DNA of 64,000 bases from NCBI RefSeq assembly GCF_006345805.1, contig NC_043012.1, positions 37,882,001-37,946,000 of the forward strand. The letters are read 5' to 3'. This stretch comes from Octopus sinensis. Taxonomy: Eukaryota. The notes beneath the pieces are model-generated. The model made no database searches. It was not told the origin of the DNA and was given only the letters and a program-made list of their open reading frames with translations. Positions 12,591 to 24,638 of the stretch are shown one piece after another (within the stretch, counting starts at the first letter, position 1; each line of letters begins with the position of its first letter). Both the position numbers and the translations under genes were made by a program.

Positions 12591-14614
12591 CATGTTAAAT
12601 ATTGAGTGTTTTGGATTCTTTCAGGGCATAAAAGAATCCTTCTGGCACTGGTGTTATTAGTGTATAAAATAAACTCTAAAATGGTTGAATGGGCTTCTTC
12701 AATACCTCATCCCCTGAAGACACCTGGTATTACTCTCCCCCAATCACCAACCTCTACTACTTACTATTCATTGCTTTCTTACCCATTAACCACCCTGTTT
12801 CTACCACACTCTTGCACCTCTTTCTCATTCTGCCATTCCATCTGTCTATGTTCTGAGTTCAAATCCTGCCAAGGTCAACTTTGCTTTTCATCTTTTCAGG
12901 CTCAACAAAACCATTTCTGTCCTTCTCCTGTCATGGCTGTCTTCTCTATTCTCTTCGTCACTCACGCAGCACTGACTAAATGATTGCAGTATAAGGAAAG
13001 GTATGAAGTGTCCCCCACAAGCGTTGGGGCCACAATAAATCTACCTAAGTAGGGCATTCTGTAAAGTATTTAACCAGTGTGCTTTGTAGGGTCTAAAGGT
13101 TTCTTAAACTCTGAGAACATAGGAACCTCTATAATGTTGGTGTCCCCTCCAAAAATGTATCCAGTATAATCTGTTATGAAGGATAGCTGGCCACAAAAGC
13201 TAATGGTGTCCCTTCTGTGTTTAGCTACCTCTCCAAACTGTTTTATCCCTATTACCAACATTGATATGTTTGATTTTGTTTGTGTAAAGGACCATTTAAC
13301 CAGAAACCACGGCAGTCTGGGATTCCCTTCTTCCGTTGGTCACTCATTGCTATAGTTTTGATAATCTTTCCATGCCTTAGCCACTGGTTTACTGTCTTGA
13401 TTTCCACAAGAGAAGAGCCTTCATTCCGACACTTGGGAAGCACACAGAAATGAACTTTGCCATTCATATTTGTCCCTGCGCAGAAAAGACAGAGATGATG
13501 GAATAAAGTGATGGCCAATTTGCTGGTCAACAGGTGTTGATCAATAAAATAGGAGTTAAAAACCCACAGTCAGATCTCCATATTCAGGAGCCAAAATCAA
13601 CACTTTCACCCCTGTCAACTTCTGTCAGGACTCTTTAGCCCTGAAAAATTGTACTTATGGCAACACCCACAAATGCCTAAATCCGTGACATTATGTCAGA
13701 TAGGGAAGCACAGTTAACCCTTTTAATACCAAACTACCTGAGATGGTTCCCAGTTCTGTGATCTACAACAAAATATTCCTGTTTTTAGTGATCTAAATTA
13801 AAATCTTCCATCAAAATTTTCTGTTAAATTATGTTCCAAGCACCAGCTGAATAACGACAAGATTATTTGACTAAACTGGTTTTTTTTCCAATATTAAATG
13901 AAACAAAAGGAGTGTTTTTCAACTGAAATTTGGAAATGAAAGGGTTTTAATGTTGCTTGTCTTGCAGGTTCAATGATGGTAGGTTGCAAAGATAGGTACA
14001 AGTCAATATCATAATTAAGCATATACTGTTAAACGTGGTGTTACCTGGGTTGTGGAGCCAGTGGCACACCGTGTTGATGTGCACGGAATGGTCTTATTTG
14101 CTTTGAAAGGGTCTGACCTGGAATGCAAGAGTCTTAAGCATTTTTGATCAATGTCCCATGGCTTTGCATGGGGATAAAATGAAACCCAGTCACTACTTAT
14201 TTCAACCAGGTGTGTTTGGGGCTATTTGTGGGAGAGGTGGCCGTGCCATTTCTATGTTTATTGTTGAATTGGGTTTGAACTCCGGAATGACGAATGGGCA
14301 ATGTGGCTGATTGACCCAGTAACATAGAGGAAGACGTAGAAGGGGGGGGGGAGGCTCGAAACTTCGACATTTTTTAATAAAGAGTTCAACAGCCTTTTTT
14401 TATAGAGTTTCAGGAAACCATAAGAAGTTGTGGCGTTCATGGCATAAATAAGGACTTGGCAAACGAGTTTTTTTGTGTGTGATACTGACCAGTAATAGAA
14501 TGAATGAGAAAGGGAAAACATAACTTATACCTGGATACGAAGAGACATTGGAGATAGAATCAAACCATATACTGAAGTGTGTGTATATACAGATATGAAT
14601 TTTGTTTTTTTCAG

Positions 14615-14857
14615 AATGAGATAAAAAACCAATGGCTGTGAAGATTTTAGAACATTTATAAATAGGTCTTACACCTGTTTCCAAGATATTTATTATATCC
14701 CTTCATTGGAGACGGTGTGAGACAATGGTTAAGCAATAGTTAATTTTCTGACACTGTCTCCGATGAAGGGATATAATAAATATCCTGGAAACAGGTGTAA
14801 GGCCTTCTATTTATAAATGTTCTAAAATCTTCACAGCCTTGGTTTTTTATCTCATTT
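14615..14857. repeat. Long inverted repeat (two ~107-bp arms, ~25-bp spacer), each arm with a hammerhead-like motif
   Basis: 14615-14721 is the reverse complement of 14748-14857 with a few mismatches or indels. Confidence 0.9.
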
Positions 14858-16432
14858 TTTTATATATACACACACTGATATATGACCTATGTTGGACCCC
14901 TTATTCGCATAATCACCGAACCTGGAGCTTAACTATGGTCTGTCTATATCACTTACTCAGCATTACCGGACACCTTTGGGTCTTATTGACACCATTACCT
15001 CTCATAACCTCTCTCTATATATTGTGTAAGATATAAGTTAGAGGTAATGTAACCATCTAAGGGATAGATATACCCAAAGGCACTCCTGGTATTACTTCAG
15101 TATGTATCGTCCTTGTTATAAGGTATACAGTAGTAGGTAATTAAAAAGGTATATAATATGCACGTGTCTGTGTAAGGGGCAGAAATCATTTAAGAAGTCA
15201 AAGAATGTGTGACGAAAGAACTTTAGACAGACAAACAAACTAAAAATATTAAAAACTAAACAGAAGATCAAATCGTGTGTTTAATTGGCAAAAGATGACC
15301 ATCCTCAAATATGACTATATACAATGTGTGTGTGTCCGTGTGTCCCCGTCCAGGCATCGGTTAATTACATCAAACAATTTCATTCACAACTAAGATTACT
15401 TTATAAAGGAAAAAACCCCTAATAAATGAAGGAATGGCTTCGGCGTTGCTAAATCCAAACTTTTTAGCTCGTTTTCAAATACGTTTGTTATTTAGATGGC
15501 CACTGTGGGTGCGGTTTAAGAGAAGTTTGGGTAGCATTTGTAAAAGATCGAGCGATGAATCTCCCTGGAAAGGACGATGTAAGACGAAATGCTAAACTAT
15601 CATTTCAGACGAGGCCACCCTTCCACTCGACAGAAGTTAGACTGTCACGCCTGTATGTAACTCTGTACGAATATACATACAAACACATTATATATATATT
15701 ATATATACACACACAAGCGTAAAGTGCCCGTCACCTAAGATTAGAATCTCACTCGATATCTCCTTACTCCTGAAGCTACAGACGAAATGCCGAAACCTTA
15801 CCAATATTAGCTATTTATACTGTAACAGATAGAAATTACAGTCGTATGGCTTTTTCAAGTATTATGAACTCCGGTTCAAAGTGTCACAGAAAGCAACGAG
15901 GTGGAAATAAGTGGGAGACAATAACGGTTTACAAAAAACTCTTTATAAATCACGCTTTATACACACACGCACAAATATATACATACACATCTATATACAA
16001 ATGTATGTATGAATACATACAGGCACGTACAATATACACACATACATATACATATATATATATTATACATAGACATACATAATCCGACATGACTAAGGCG
16101 TGTCAGGATTTGAACTCAGACCAAAAAAGAAAAGAAACACGTTGCCCTATAAATTATGAAAGATGTTGGTAATTTGATCAGGACTTGTATTCAAAATGAT
16201 GAGAGATTTGAATAGAAAAGTGAGAGAGAGAACAATTTGAAAAGAACACAGTTTTCGGTGTGGCTAGGAAGTTCATAACTAATTATTGGAATCTGTCAGA
16301 AACATCGATAATATTAAGGGATTGATTCTAAAATAAAATACGTAAAGTCATTTGTTTTTCTAAAAAGCTAACAACAGTCGCAATGAGCTGGACTTTGGTA
16401 TTTGCCCGATCGCAAATGTTAGAAGAATTCAA

Positions 16433-16608
16433 AGGCGCAGGAGTGGCTGTGTGGTAAGAAGTCCCGCCTCACAGTCACATGGTTCTGGGTTCAGTCCCAC
16501 TGCGTGACACTTTGGGAAAGTGTCTTCTACTATAGCCCCGGGCCGACCAAAGCCTTGTGAGTGGATTTCGCAGACGGAAACTGATAGAAGTCCGTCGTAT
16601 ATATAGTG

Positions 16609-16654
<46 letters not shown>

Positions 16655-16920
16655 AATGTCCTGTACCTATATATGCATGTATATATATGTGTGTGTGTGT
16701 GTCGATGTGTTTGTTAGTGACTTTGTCTTCTCTCCACCACCGCTTGGAAACCAGTGTTGGTTTGTTTACATCCCCGCAAGTTAGCGGTTTGGCAAAAAGA
16801 AAACTATAGAATAAGTGCCAGGCTTACAAGAGAAAAAACAACTTAACCCTGGGGTCGATTTGTTCGACTAAACTCTTCAATGCGGTGTCCCAGCAAGTCA
16901 GAGATAGATAAAAAGATATG
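16433..16920 (+). mobile_element. tRNA-headed SINE family C with internal (TA)/(TG) microsatellite
   Basis: gcgcaggagtggctgtgtggtaag...gggttcagtcccactgcg...gtgtcttctactatagcc...gacggaaactga. Copies at 44594-44940 (+), 58235-58600 (-), 1085-1230 (-) and 63045-63190 (+). Confidence 0.75.
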
Positions 16921-19190
16921 TTGTTTTTAGCCCAAATATATCGTCTCAAATGTTTAGGGTAACATTTATTGGTGCCAACGGATGTTTCCTCCAAATAAGG
17001 AGGAACAAACAGGGTCACACATTTATAGGGAAGGAGAACGAAGTGGAGGTGGAATCGATTGACCCAGTAACATAGAGGAAGACGTAGAAGGGGGCCGAGG
17101 CTCGAAACTTCGACATTTTTTAATAAAGAGTTCAACAGCCTTTTTTTATAGAGTTCCAGGATACCATGAGAAGTTGTGGCGTTCATGGCATAAAACACAA
17201 AGTAAGTAACTCACTTAAAACCTGAGGAGAAAATGGATGTAGTAGCGTTTATGCCATAACTGTAGAAATATTGAAAAATAAAGGGCAGAAATTGGGATTC
17301 TGTGGCCTTCATAAAATCATTTTCAACAACAAAACAGGCGACGATGAGTGAAACTAAGTCGCCTTTGTTTCTGATATTTCTGTAGGAATTTTGGTAACGT
17401 TTTTTTTTTTCGAGGATAAGTTATCTTTTATTTATTTTTCTCTCTCTTTTTTGAATTGTGATTCCTTGAGTTTCTACAACAGAAACCATCCGGATTTTAT
17501 TGGAAAGGACAACAAATGCTACTTGTTAGCAAGGTTGTCTGAGCAGCATTATAAGCACCATGGGTCAGTCACTGCACTGAGTCCTATAGCATTTATTGAT
17601 AACAGACCACAGGATACATAGATCAAAACTGGTACCCTGGACCCAATGAAACCTTCCGGGAAACACCGAGTATGCTAGGAATGGTTTCCCGCATCTGAGG
17701 GGCAATGCCCACAAAGTCAAACTCTGTTATATTACAGATACTCACTCACACATCGGATTTGAAATCGGGACAGAGAAACACAAGTAAATAAATACTTGGA
17801 AAGTTACGGATCATTCATCATTTCAACACATGTCGAGACACTTTATCAGTTTCTGTTACAAACCAAGCTTTCATTTATATATTTTAAAATATCTTTTCAT
17901 AAGGACTTGGAACATAAATTTTAAAATGTCGAAATTTTCGCAAGAATATTTACCGAAGTGACTCAATAGCAGTGGAATAAATAGAAGCCACAGCTTCAGG
18001 TCAGTTCTGATCCAACAGATCTATGACCAAAGACGTTCCAACAGTGGCCATTCCTTCGTAAATCAATCTACAACTAAAACATCACCACGAGCTAACGAGG
18101 GAGCCTTAGAAACAAGTTGCTTGGATCGTTAGAAGTAGCAGCTAAATCTCTATTAAACCATATCTTATTGCATCAGAAAAGGAACGACACACTGGGCTGT
18201 ATAGTCCTAGATATACAAAGAAGCAATGCAGATGATGATCAGAGATCTCTGTTCAATCAGGGTCGACTTGGAGTTAAAAACATCCTTCCTTTCCTTAAGA
18301 CAAAAGGATGTTTATTCGAGATTTGGTTACTATTTTTAGCACATCGGCTGACCGTGGTGCAGAGACGTATTAATAAATTAAAGTTTAGATGGGACATTAC
18401 AGTGTTGTTGCCAAAATACTTATGTGGGTGTTTTAGACAATGTGAATACGCAACCACCAACAGAATACAGGACAGACACACTTTTAACAATAAAGGACCG
18501 CATATTTTGTGTGTGTGTGGGATATATTCAGTTAAATCAAGGATGAAAGTTCGGTGGAATTTAAAATAGCTATAGTAATAATTAATTTAAGCCCAAACAG
18601 AACTGCCACCGGTGAAATGATGAGACAGAGAACCTTAAGAAGTATCAAAGTTTGGCAGAGAGCCACAAGGTGTCGGGTGGCGAGGGGTGGATGAAGAGAA
18701 GTAGATCGCAAAACGGGGTTAGAAAAAGTGAATCTAGTGTTTTAAATTGTATTTGGCGACAAGTGATTAATAGATTCAATGGAGCGAGACGGAATTTGAA
18801 AATAGAATCTAAAGTATAAAAGGCAGTGGCTCATAGACTGCACCCCTGAGAAAATAGGAGTTTGATAAGGTTTGAACTCGAGTAATAAATGGATTTCCAT
18901 TGATAGAGACCGATAAGAAGGATATTGTCGATTAAAACGATCCTGAGGGTATCTCTGGTATTTATAGCAGGAAAAGTTAGTGAGGGGTGGGCCCCCCCTC
19001 CCAAAGGATAAGTCCTAGATTTACCATCACAGCGAAGGCCACGCTGGAGCACTGCCTTCATTCACATTGTGTGAAAGGTCAACACGATCGATCAGGATTG
19101 ACCTGCAAGGGCTATAAACAAGCAACAATAGTAGTGTTACAGAAAGATGAAAGGTCCGAGGACCTAAAAGTGGACCCAGAAAAGTCTTAC

Positions 19191-19391
19191 CTGATATTCT
19201 AGTTCTAGAGTAGTCTCCCCTTTCATGAGGACCTGCTGGTAGAAACATTCTTGGTTTCCTGGAGCGATTTCCACCGTCAGGTCAGTGTCCACGGCAACGG
19301 TCAAAGGTCCGACACTGACCAACAGCAAACACAGCAAACAGGTCACTGATGCAGCAACACCATCCCTCTTGTAATATAACGTTAGCGACAT
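19191..19391 (-). CDS. TMED5: p24-gamma/TMED5-like cargo receptor, coding exon 1 (signal peptide and start of GOLD domain)
   Basis: ATG at 19391. Encodes MSLTLYYKRDGVAASVTCLLCLLLVSVGPLTVAVDTDLTVEIAPGNQECFYQQVLMKGETTLELEYQ, then a GTAAGA donor (phase 0). Matches the p24 ECFYQ...LEYQV pattern. TMED1 vs TMED5 orthology is not resolvable by eye. Confidence 0.93.
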
Positions 19392-19417
19392 TGTAGTCGT
19401 TAGGCAAATATATATGA

Positions 19418-19453
<36 letters not shown>

Positions 19454-20289
19454 GTTACACAAATTTATAGTATTTTTTATTGCTAGCTTTCTTGTTTGGA
19501 AAAACTTAGTTTCCTTTTCTTAAGCTGTGTTTCAGTAATATTGCTCTCAACTACATGTGTGTGTGTGTGCGGCGTGTTGCCTCGAAGATTTCTGCAAATG
19601 GTTTATTTCTGTTTTCTTTTTGCTGCTTTAGAAGGTGAGGTGGTGTTGGGGATATTCTTGTTTTGTTGGAAAAAAAAAAACTGTTAATAACGAATCAAGC
19701 ATAAAAAGTAATCAAAATGTATTTCGAAGTTCTTCTTAATAGAGAGTTAAGTGTGTGAGGAATATTGCAGTCGAAGAATTTATGACAAAGTTCTTAGCTG
19801 GACGTTCTTGAGAGAGAGAGAGAGAGAGAGATGCTTGGCCTGATAGCTTATGTCCAAAACCCCAAAATAAATGAAGCGCTAGATGAGACTCGGACAGAAA
19901 GACAAAACATGCAATGAAGCAATGAAAAAAAAAAGAGACTGGAAAGCAAAATGAAAAGAGGGAACCACTTCCATCCAGCTCTGCACACCTCCAGCTTCTC
20001 CAACAACACTTGTCTCTCTCTCGCTTCTCTAACCCTCCCTCCTTCGTTCACCTCCTACTCTCCTCCTACTCGTAGTTCTTTCTCATCTGCTCCTCTTCCT
20101 CTTACTCCTCACTTTGCCTCCTTGTTTCTCTCTCGCTTCCTACCCTTCACTCTTCCTTCTCCCTTTACTCGTCACTCGTTCTTACTTCCATCGTCTTCTC
20201 TTACTCATCGTTTTCCTTCCTCTGCTATTACTACTATTACTCTCCTCTCATCACAAATACTGAGACAGGGAAGAAGGTGGAGGCGGAGA

Positions 20290-20372
20290 AGAAAACCGGA
20301 AGTTTAAGGCTTCACTCATCGTAAAGGAGTGGAAGTACGTTACAATAAGGACGTCGAATCCTCCGGAAGTGA
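20290..20372. promoter_or_regulatory. Probable TMED promoter with ETS/GABP-type motifs
   Basis: CCGGAAGT at 20296-20303, CCGGAAGTG at 20363-20371 and TGGAAGTA at 20330-20337, about 0.9 kb upstream of the TMED ATG in CpG-retaining DNA. Confidence 0.55.
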
Positions 20373-22289
20373 TGCACTAATTGCAGCAGTGAATATTTTC
20401 TTCCTTTTATACTTTTTTACAACTTTGTCAAAATTTTTAAAACATACAAAAGACAAAAATAACGACAAAATAATATAAAACAACCAGACAAATCTTTCTT
20501 GCCTCGGAAAAAAATAAAGCAATATTTTTTTTATGTTTAATTTAAAAAAAGTTCTTCCCTGAACATCAGGTTCTGTTATAATTGCTTTCAAATTGTTCTT
20601 TTATGATGTTACTTCTCTAAGCTTAACTTCCCCACTTCTGCACTGTTACATCACTGACCCCCTCGGCTGCACTATAGTAATGTGATGTGAATAAAACTTG
20701 CCCTGTTGCACTTGGAAACACGTCCTCCCATCCATTGCACTAGAAAGCTAATCGTTATGTCTTCCCCCTCCGCTGTATCTTAATACTTTTCTCATATTTC
20801 TGGCCCACTCCACTGACAATCCCTCTTAGTGATAAAAAGTAAAATGACCCCACTATCTTCCTCGTGTTTATATATAACAGACCGTTGATTACAAAGTATT
20901 GTCAGTCCTGCATTTAAGTGCAAGCGCGTCACAGATGAGGCCTGTCTATAGTCCCGCTGCTTGCTAGAAACAGCAGCTAAATGACAACATACCATGCTGA
21001 AAACGGAAGGACATAGGGGATAATGTAGTCCCAGGTATACAATACCTGAACAAAAGCAGAAAAATAAAAGAAAACAAAAATATGCTAAAAGATAATCATG
21101 ATTAAAATAATTTTGGTCATGGGTCTGCTATACTAGGGCTGACTCGGAGCGATACTACGACTCTTCCATCTCATTCTGTTAATAAATTTTTTTTTTCATA
21201 GACTTAAGGCCGATGTGGGGGGTAAGGAACAGTCGATTATATCGACCCACCAGATAAATGAAATGTAAAGTCGATCTTTGTTAGATTTGAAATCAGAACA
21301 TAAAGGGTCACAATTAAATACAAAAGGCAGTTTTGTCCGACGCGCTAACGATTCTACCAAATAATTCTTTCTACTATACGCACAAGGCCTGAAATCTTGA
21401 CGTAAGGATGGAGGACTGGTCGGTCACATCGATCTCCAGAGGTCGACTAGTACTTATTTTATCGATCCTAAAGGGATGGAAAGCCAAGTCGACCTGGGTG
21501 AAGTTTGAACTCCGAACGTAGAACCGATCAACATTTTTGTCCGGCGCGCTAACGATTCTGCCAGCTCACCGCCTTCGTCCACCGAATAAATATTAGTTTC
21601 TAATCACTTGGAATACGATATTTATTTTATTTATTTATAAGTTTAAGAAACGTTTAATCACTTTAATGACAGCCTTACGATTTTACAAGTTATTTTATCA
21701 ATTTAGTGACCCCTTTCGATGCTCATCAATGAACAAGCTGACAATGCTTTTTGCGATGTAACGCTTATATAATATACACCAGCAAACATAAAGAAAAAAA
21801 AGTATTTGTCGCTATTTCATTTAATTGCCTTCTTAAAAAATAATTTCAAGGCTTATTTATTAGTAAGGGAGCGAGGATGTAGTGATGTTCATGCCTTTCT
21901 CAAGGGCATTAGTAACGTTTAGTGAAATTGCATGGCTTCACAGCGGCCCATTTGAAACCTCGATGAGGATAATAAAATAAATATAATTCTTAAAAACAAG
22001 TGTTGAGGAAATACAGCGAGTTGTGTCGTCCTTCCAACGAATCCAGTTTTTTCCTCCTAAAGCTTTTCGAGGCCAAGTGACATCAAAAGTACGCCCGATT
22101 AATACATTTTATATATTTCTAACGAGCAATCAAATATTTTTTTTCTCTACAAAATTTCGCTATATATTTTTAGATAATAAGAATAATATTTTAATTTAAT
22201 TTTTTTTCTTTTTATTTAATGATTATTTTTTTCTTCTTCGGACAATTCTTTAATTTTTCATCGAATCGAATCGTCGTTATTGATTCCTA

Positions 22290-22553
22290 TCGGAAGATTA
22301 CCGGCAAATTGCGCCTATTTTGCATATGACATCCCTTGCTAAAAGCGCTTTGAGAAAAAATAGTTCTCTCTGTCTCTGTGAATTTATGGATGAAACGCAA
22401 GCTGCAGATTTTAATACATGACTTGATATCGTTCGTAATATTAATTGTAATTTTTATTAGGGTGATAATATCTTTAGACAATCGTCGTAAATAGGTGTTC
22501 GAAGAAGTAGAAGTTTATAAAAAGAAAAAAGAAATGCGGAATAATATAACCCA
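22290..22553 (+). other. Putative non-coding 5' UTR exon of the BRD10-like gene (intron 22554-23316)
   Basis: CCA|GTAAGT donor at 22554. A long pyrimidine tract and TTTTAG acceptor end at 23316, 177 nt before the ATG. The start coordinate is approximate. Confidence 0.5.
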
Positions 22554-23493
22554 GTAAGTACCTCATGGTGATTGGGTCATTTTGCTCTGTGCATCTATGA
22601 AGATGATTTATAATGCAGGTGTGACAAATATTCTTACTAATTATTCTCGCTTTATAAATTCACTTTTCCACTATTTTACCCTGTTGCCATGATCGTTTCT
22701 TTACAACAGAATTGTCTTTTTCAACTTTGTTCTCTTAAAACAAACACACACACTCTGCTCTCTCTTTCACTCGCCGTCTCTGTCACTCTTTCCCTCACAC
22801 AATTTTTTATGTGCTCCCTCTCTTTTTGTTCTCTCTCTCTCTCTCTCTCGTCATGCCCCTCACTCACACTCTTATCTCTCTCTCTCTCCTCACACTCTGT
22901 CTTTTCTAGATGGAGATTATGTTGTCATTCTTGGGACTTGCTTTCATTTCTACATTTTAAACATGTTTAGCCCTTCGGCTAGTTTTGACTCGCTTCAAGG
23001 GACCCAACAGACCCTTATTGTCTTTAAAATTCCTATTTTGATGCTAATGAATGTCTCTCTACTGTCCCCTCCCCTTCACTAATCCCACGGATTATCTCGA
23101 GCAAATGCTGGCTTAACCCTCAACCCCTTCAACACAGATTACAAATAATAATAATAATAATAATGATGTGATATTTATTAGACAACAACCGGTCGGACAA
23201 ACCAACATCATTTTCTGGCTAATAATTCTCTCCAAATTTTGTGGTTAATTGTTTTTTTTTGTTAAATTTATTTTGTATATTTCTCTTGTACTTATTTTTT
23301 TTGTTTTATATTTTAGCCGAGACCTAGAAACTGTGACAGCCAGTCTTTCCCGTCATGCCACCCCTCCCTGACATATATCCTAAATTCTGAAAGGAAAATC
23401 ACAATAACTCTACCAATAGCTACACTAACACCAACAAAGCCCCTTCAAGTCCCCTAAATCCTTCATGACTGCCTGGATGAACTTTGTACCACC

Positions 23494-24214
23494 ATGGAAT
23501 CTTCTTCAATTGACGAAGGTCCTCCGACAGCAATGGAAAGGAAAGTTGCCCTGTATACAACAACAACAACAACGAACCATAGTCCACCACCTGAAGAAGC
23601 ACGACAGCCACCACCACCAACAACAACAGCAACAACAACATCGTCGTCATCGTCTTCCTCTTCTTGGTCGTCGTTATCATCCTTGTCATCTTCATCAACG
23701 ACAGTTCAGGTGGCAGAAAGACATCAGACGCAAGAGACCTTCATAGGTGTTGCTGCTGGTGACCACGACGACGATGATGACGATGACAACAGTAATAGCA
23801 GCAACAACAACGCTATGGAGTTGAACGGTGACGTCGATGAAGACGACGACGACGATAATGATGATGATGATGATGATGATGAGGAAGATGATGATGATGA
23901 TGAGGAGGAGGAGGAAGATAATGATGATGATGATGATGGGGATGAAGACGAAGGCAATTCTAATACGGACAGGTCATCACCGCCAGCATCACCAACACCA
24001 CATACAACCGCATCAACACCAACAACAACACCACTTGCCCCTCAAAAAGCACCGCTCAACACTGAACTCGAACACGGTTATCGAATTCTCTGTGAACTGA
24101 TGGCCGATTCTAATAAGGCGGTCAATTGGCCATTCCTGAAAGCAGTCGACGATTCGCTCCCTGAACTGGAAGATTACTACGAACGAATAACCAACCCCAT
24201 GTGGATGAACAAAA
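23494..24214 (+). CDS. BRD10: KIAA2026/BRD10-like bromodomain protein, coding exon 1 (low-complexity/acidic N-terminus and first half of bromodomain)
   Basis: Perfect CCACCATGG Kozak context with an in-frame TAA upstream at 23455. Ends ...ELEHGYRILCELMADSNKAVNWPFLKAVDDSLPELEDYYERITNPMWMNK + A, GTAAGT donor at 24215 (phase 1). Confidence 0.9.
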
Positions 24215-24638
24215 GTAAGTTTTAACAATTTCTCTCTGCCCATCTTTAAAGTTAGTCTTCTCTCTCTCTCAACAACTTCTTCCTTCCTTAACACTCTACT
24301 CATCTCTATTTCCAGACTTTACAACAACCCTCCACTATATATATATATAGGTATATACACACATACACACACACGCAGAAATCACATTTATACACATGAT
24401 GTTAGCACAGATGTGTAAACACACATTACACCAAAACAGTTCACATTTTACTTCAAAAGCGTTTTGCTATATTATTTTTACATCTATCTATACACCATAT
24501 TCACATATATTACACCTACATGCATATGTGTGTGCGTATATATACATAATATGTGTGTGTGTGTGTGCATGTATATTACATCTGCATAAATGAATTACAT
24601 CTTATACGCTCCACGTGTATATATATATATATATATAT

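Noticed and set aside
13070-13530. Two adjacent minus-strand ORFs (63 and 92 aa) with ordinary composition
   Set aside because: No recognisable motif or splice-phase fit with TMED. Possibly a decayed TE, but unsupported.
17328-17373. Hairpin AGGCGAC/GTCGCCT enclosing GATGAGTGAAACTAA, resembling a collapsed hammerhead
   Set aside because: There is no helix II, no CU before GAUGA and no proper helix III; too incomplete to call.
23420-24303. Minus-strand poly-Ser and poly-Leu ORFs
   Set aside because: Antisense readings of trinucleotide runs in BRD10 exon 1.
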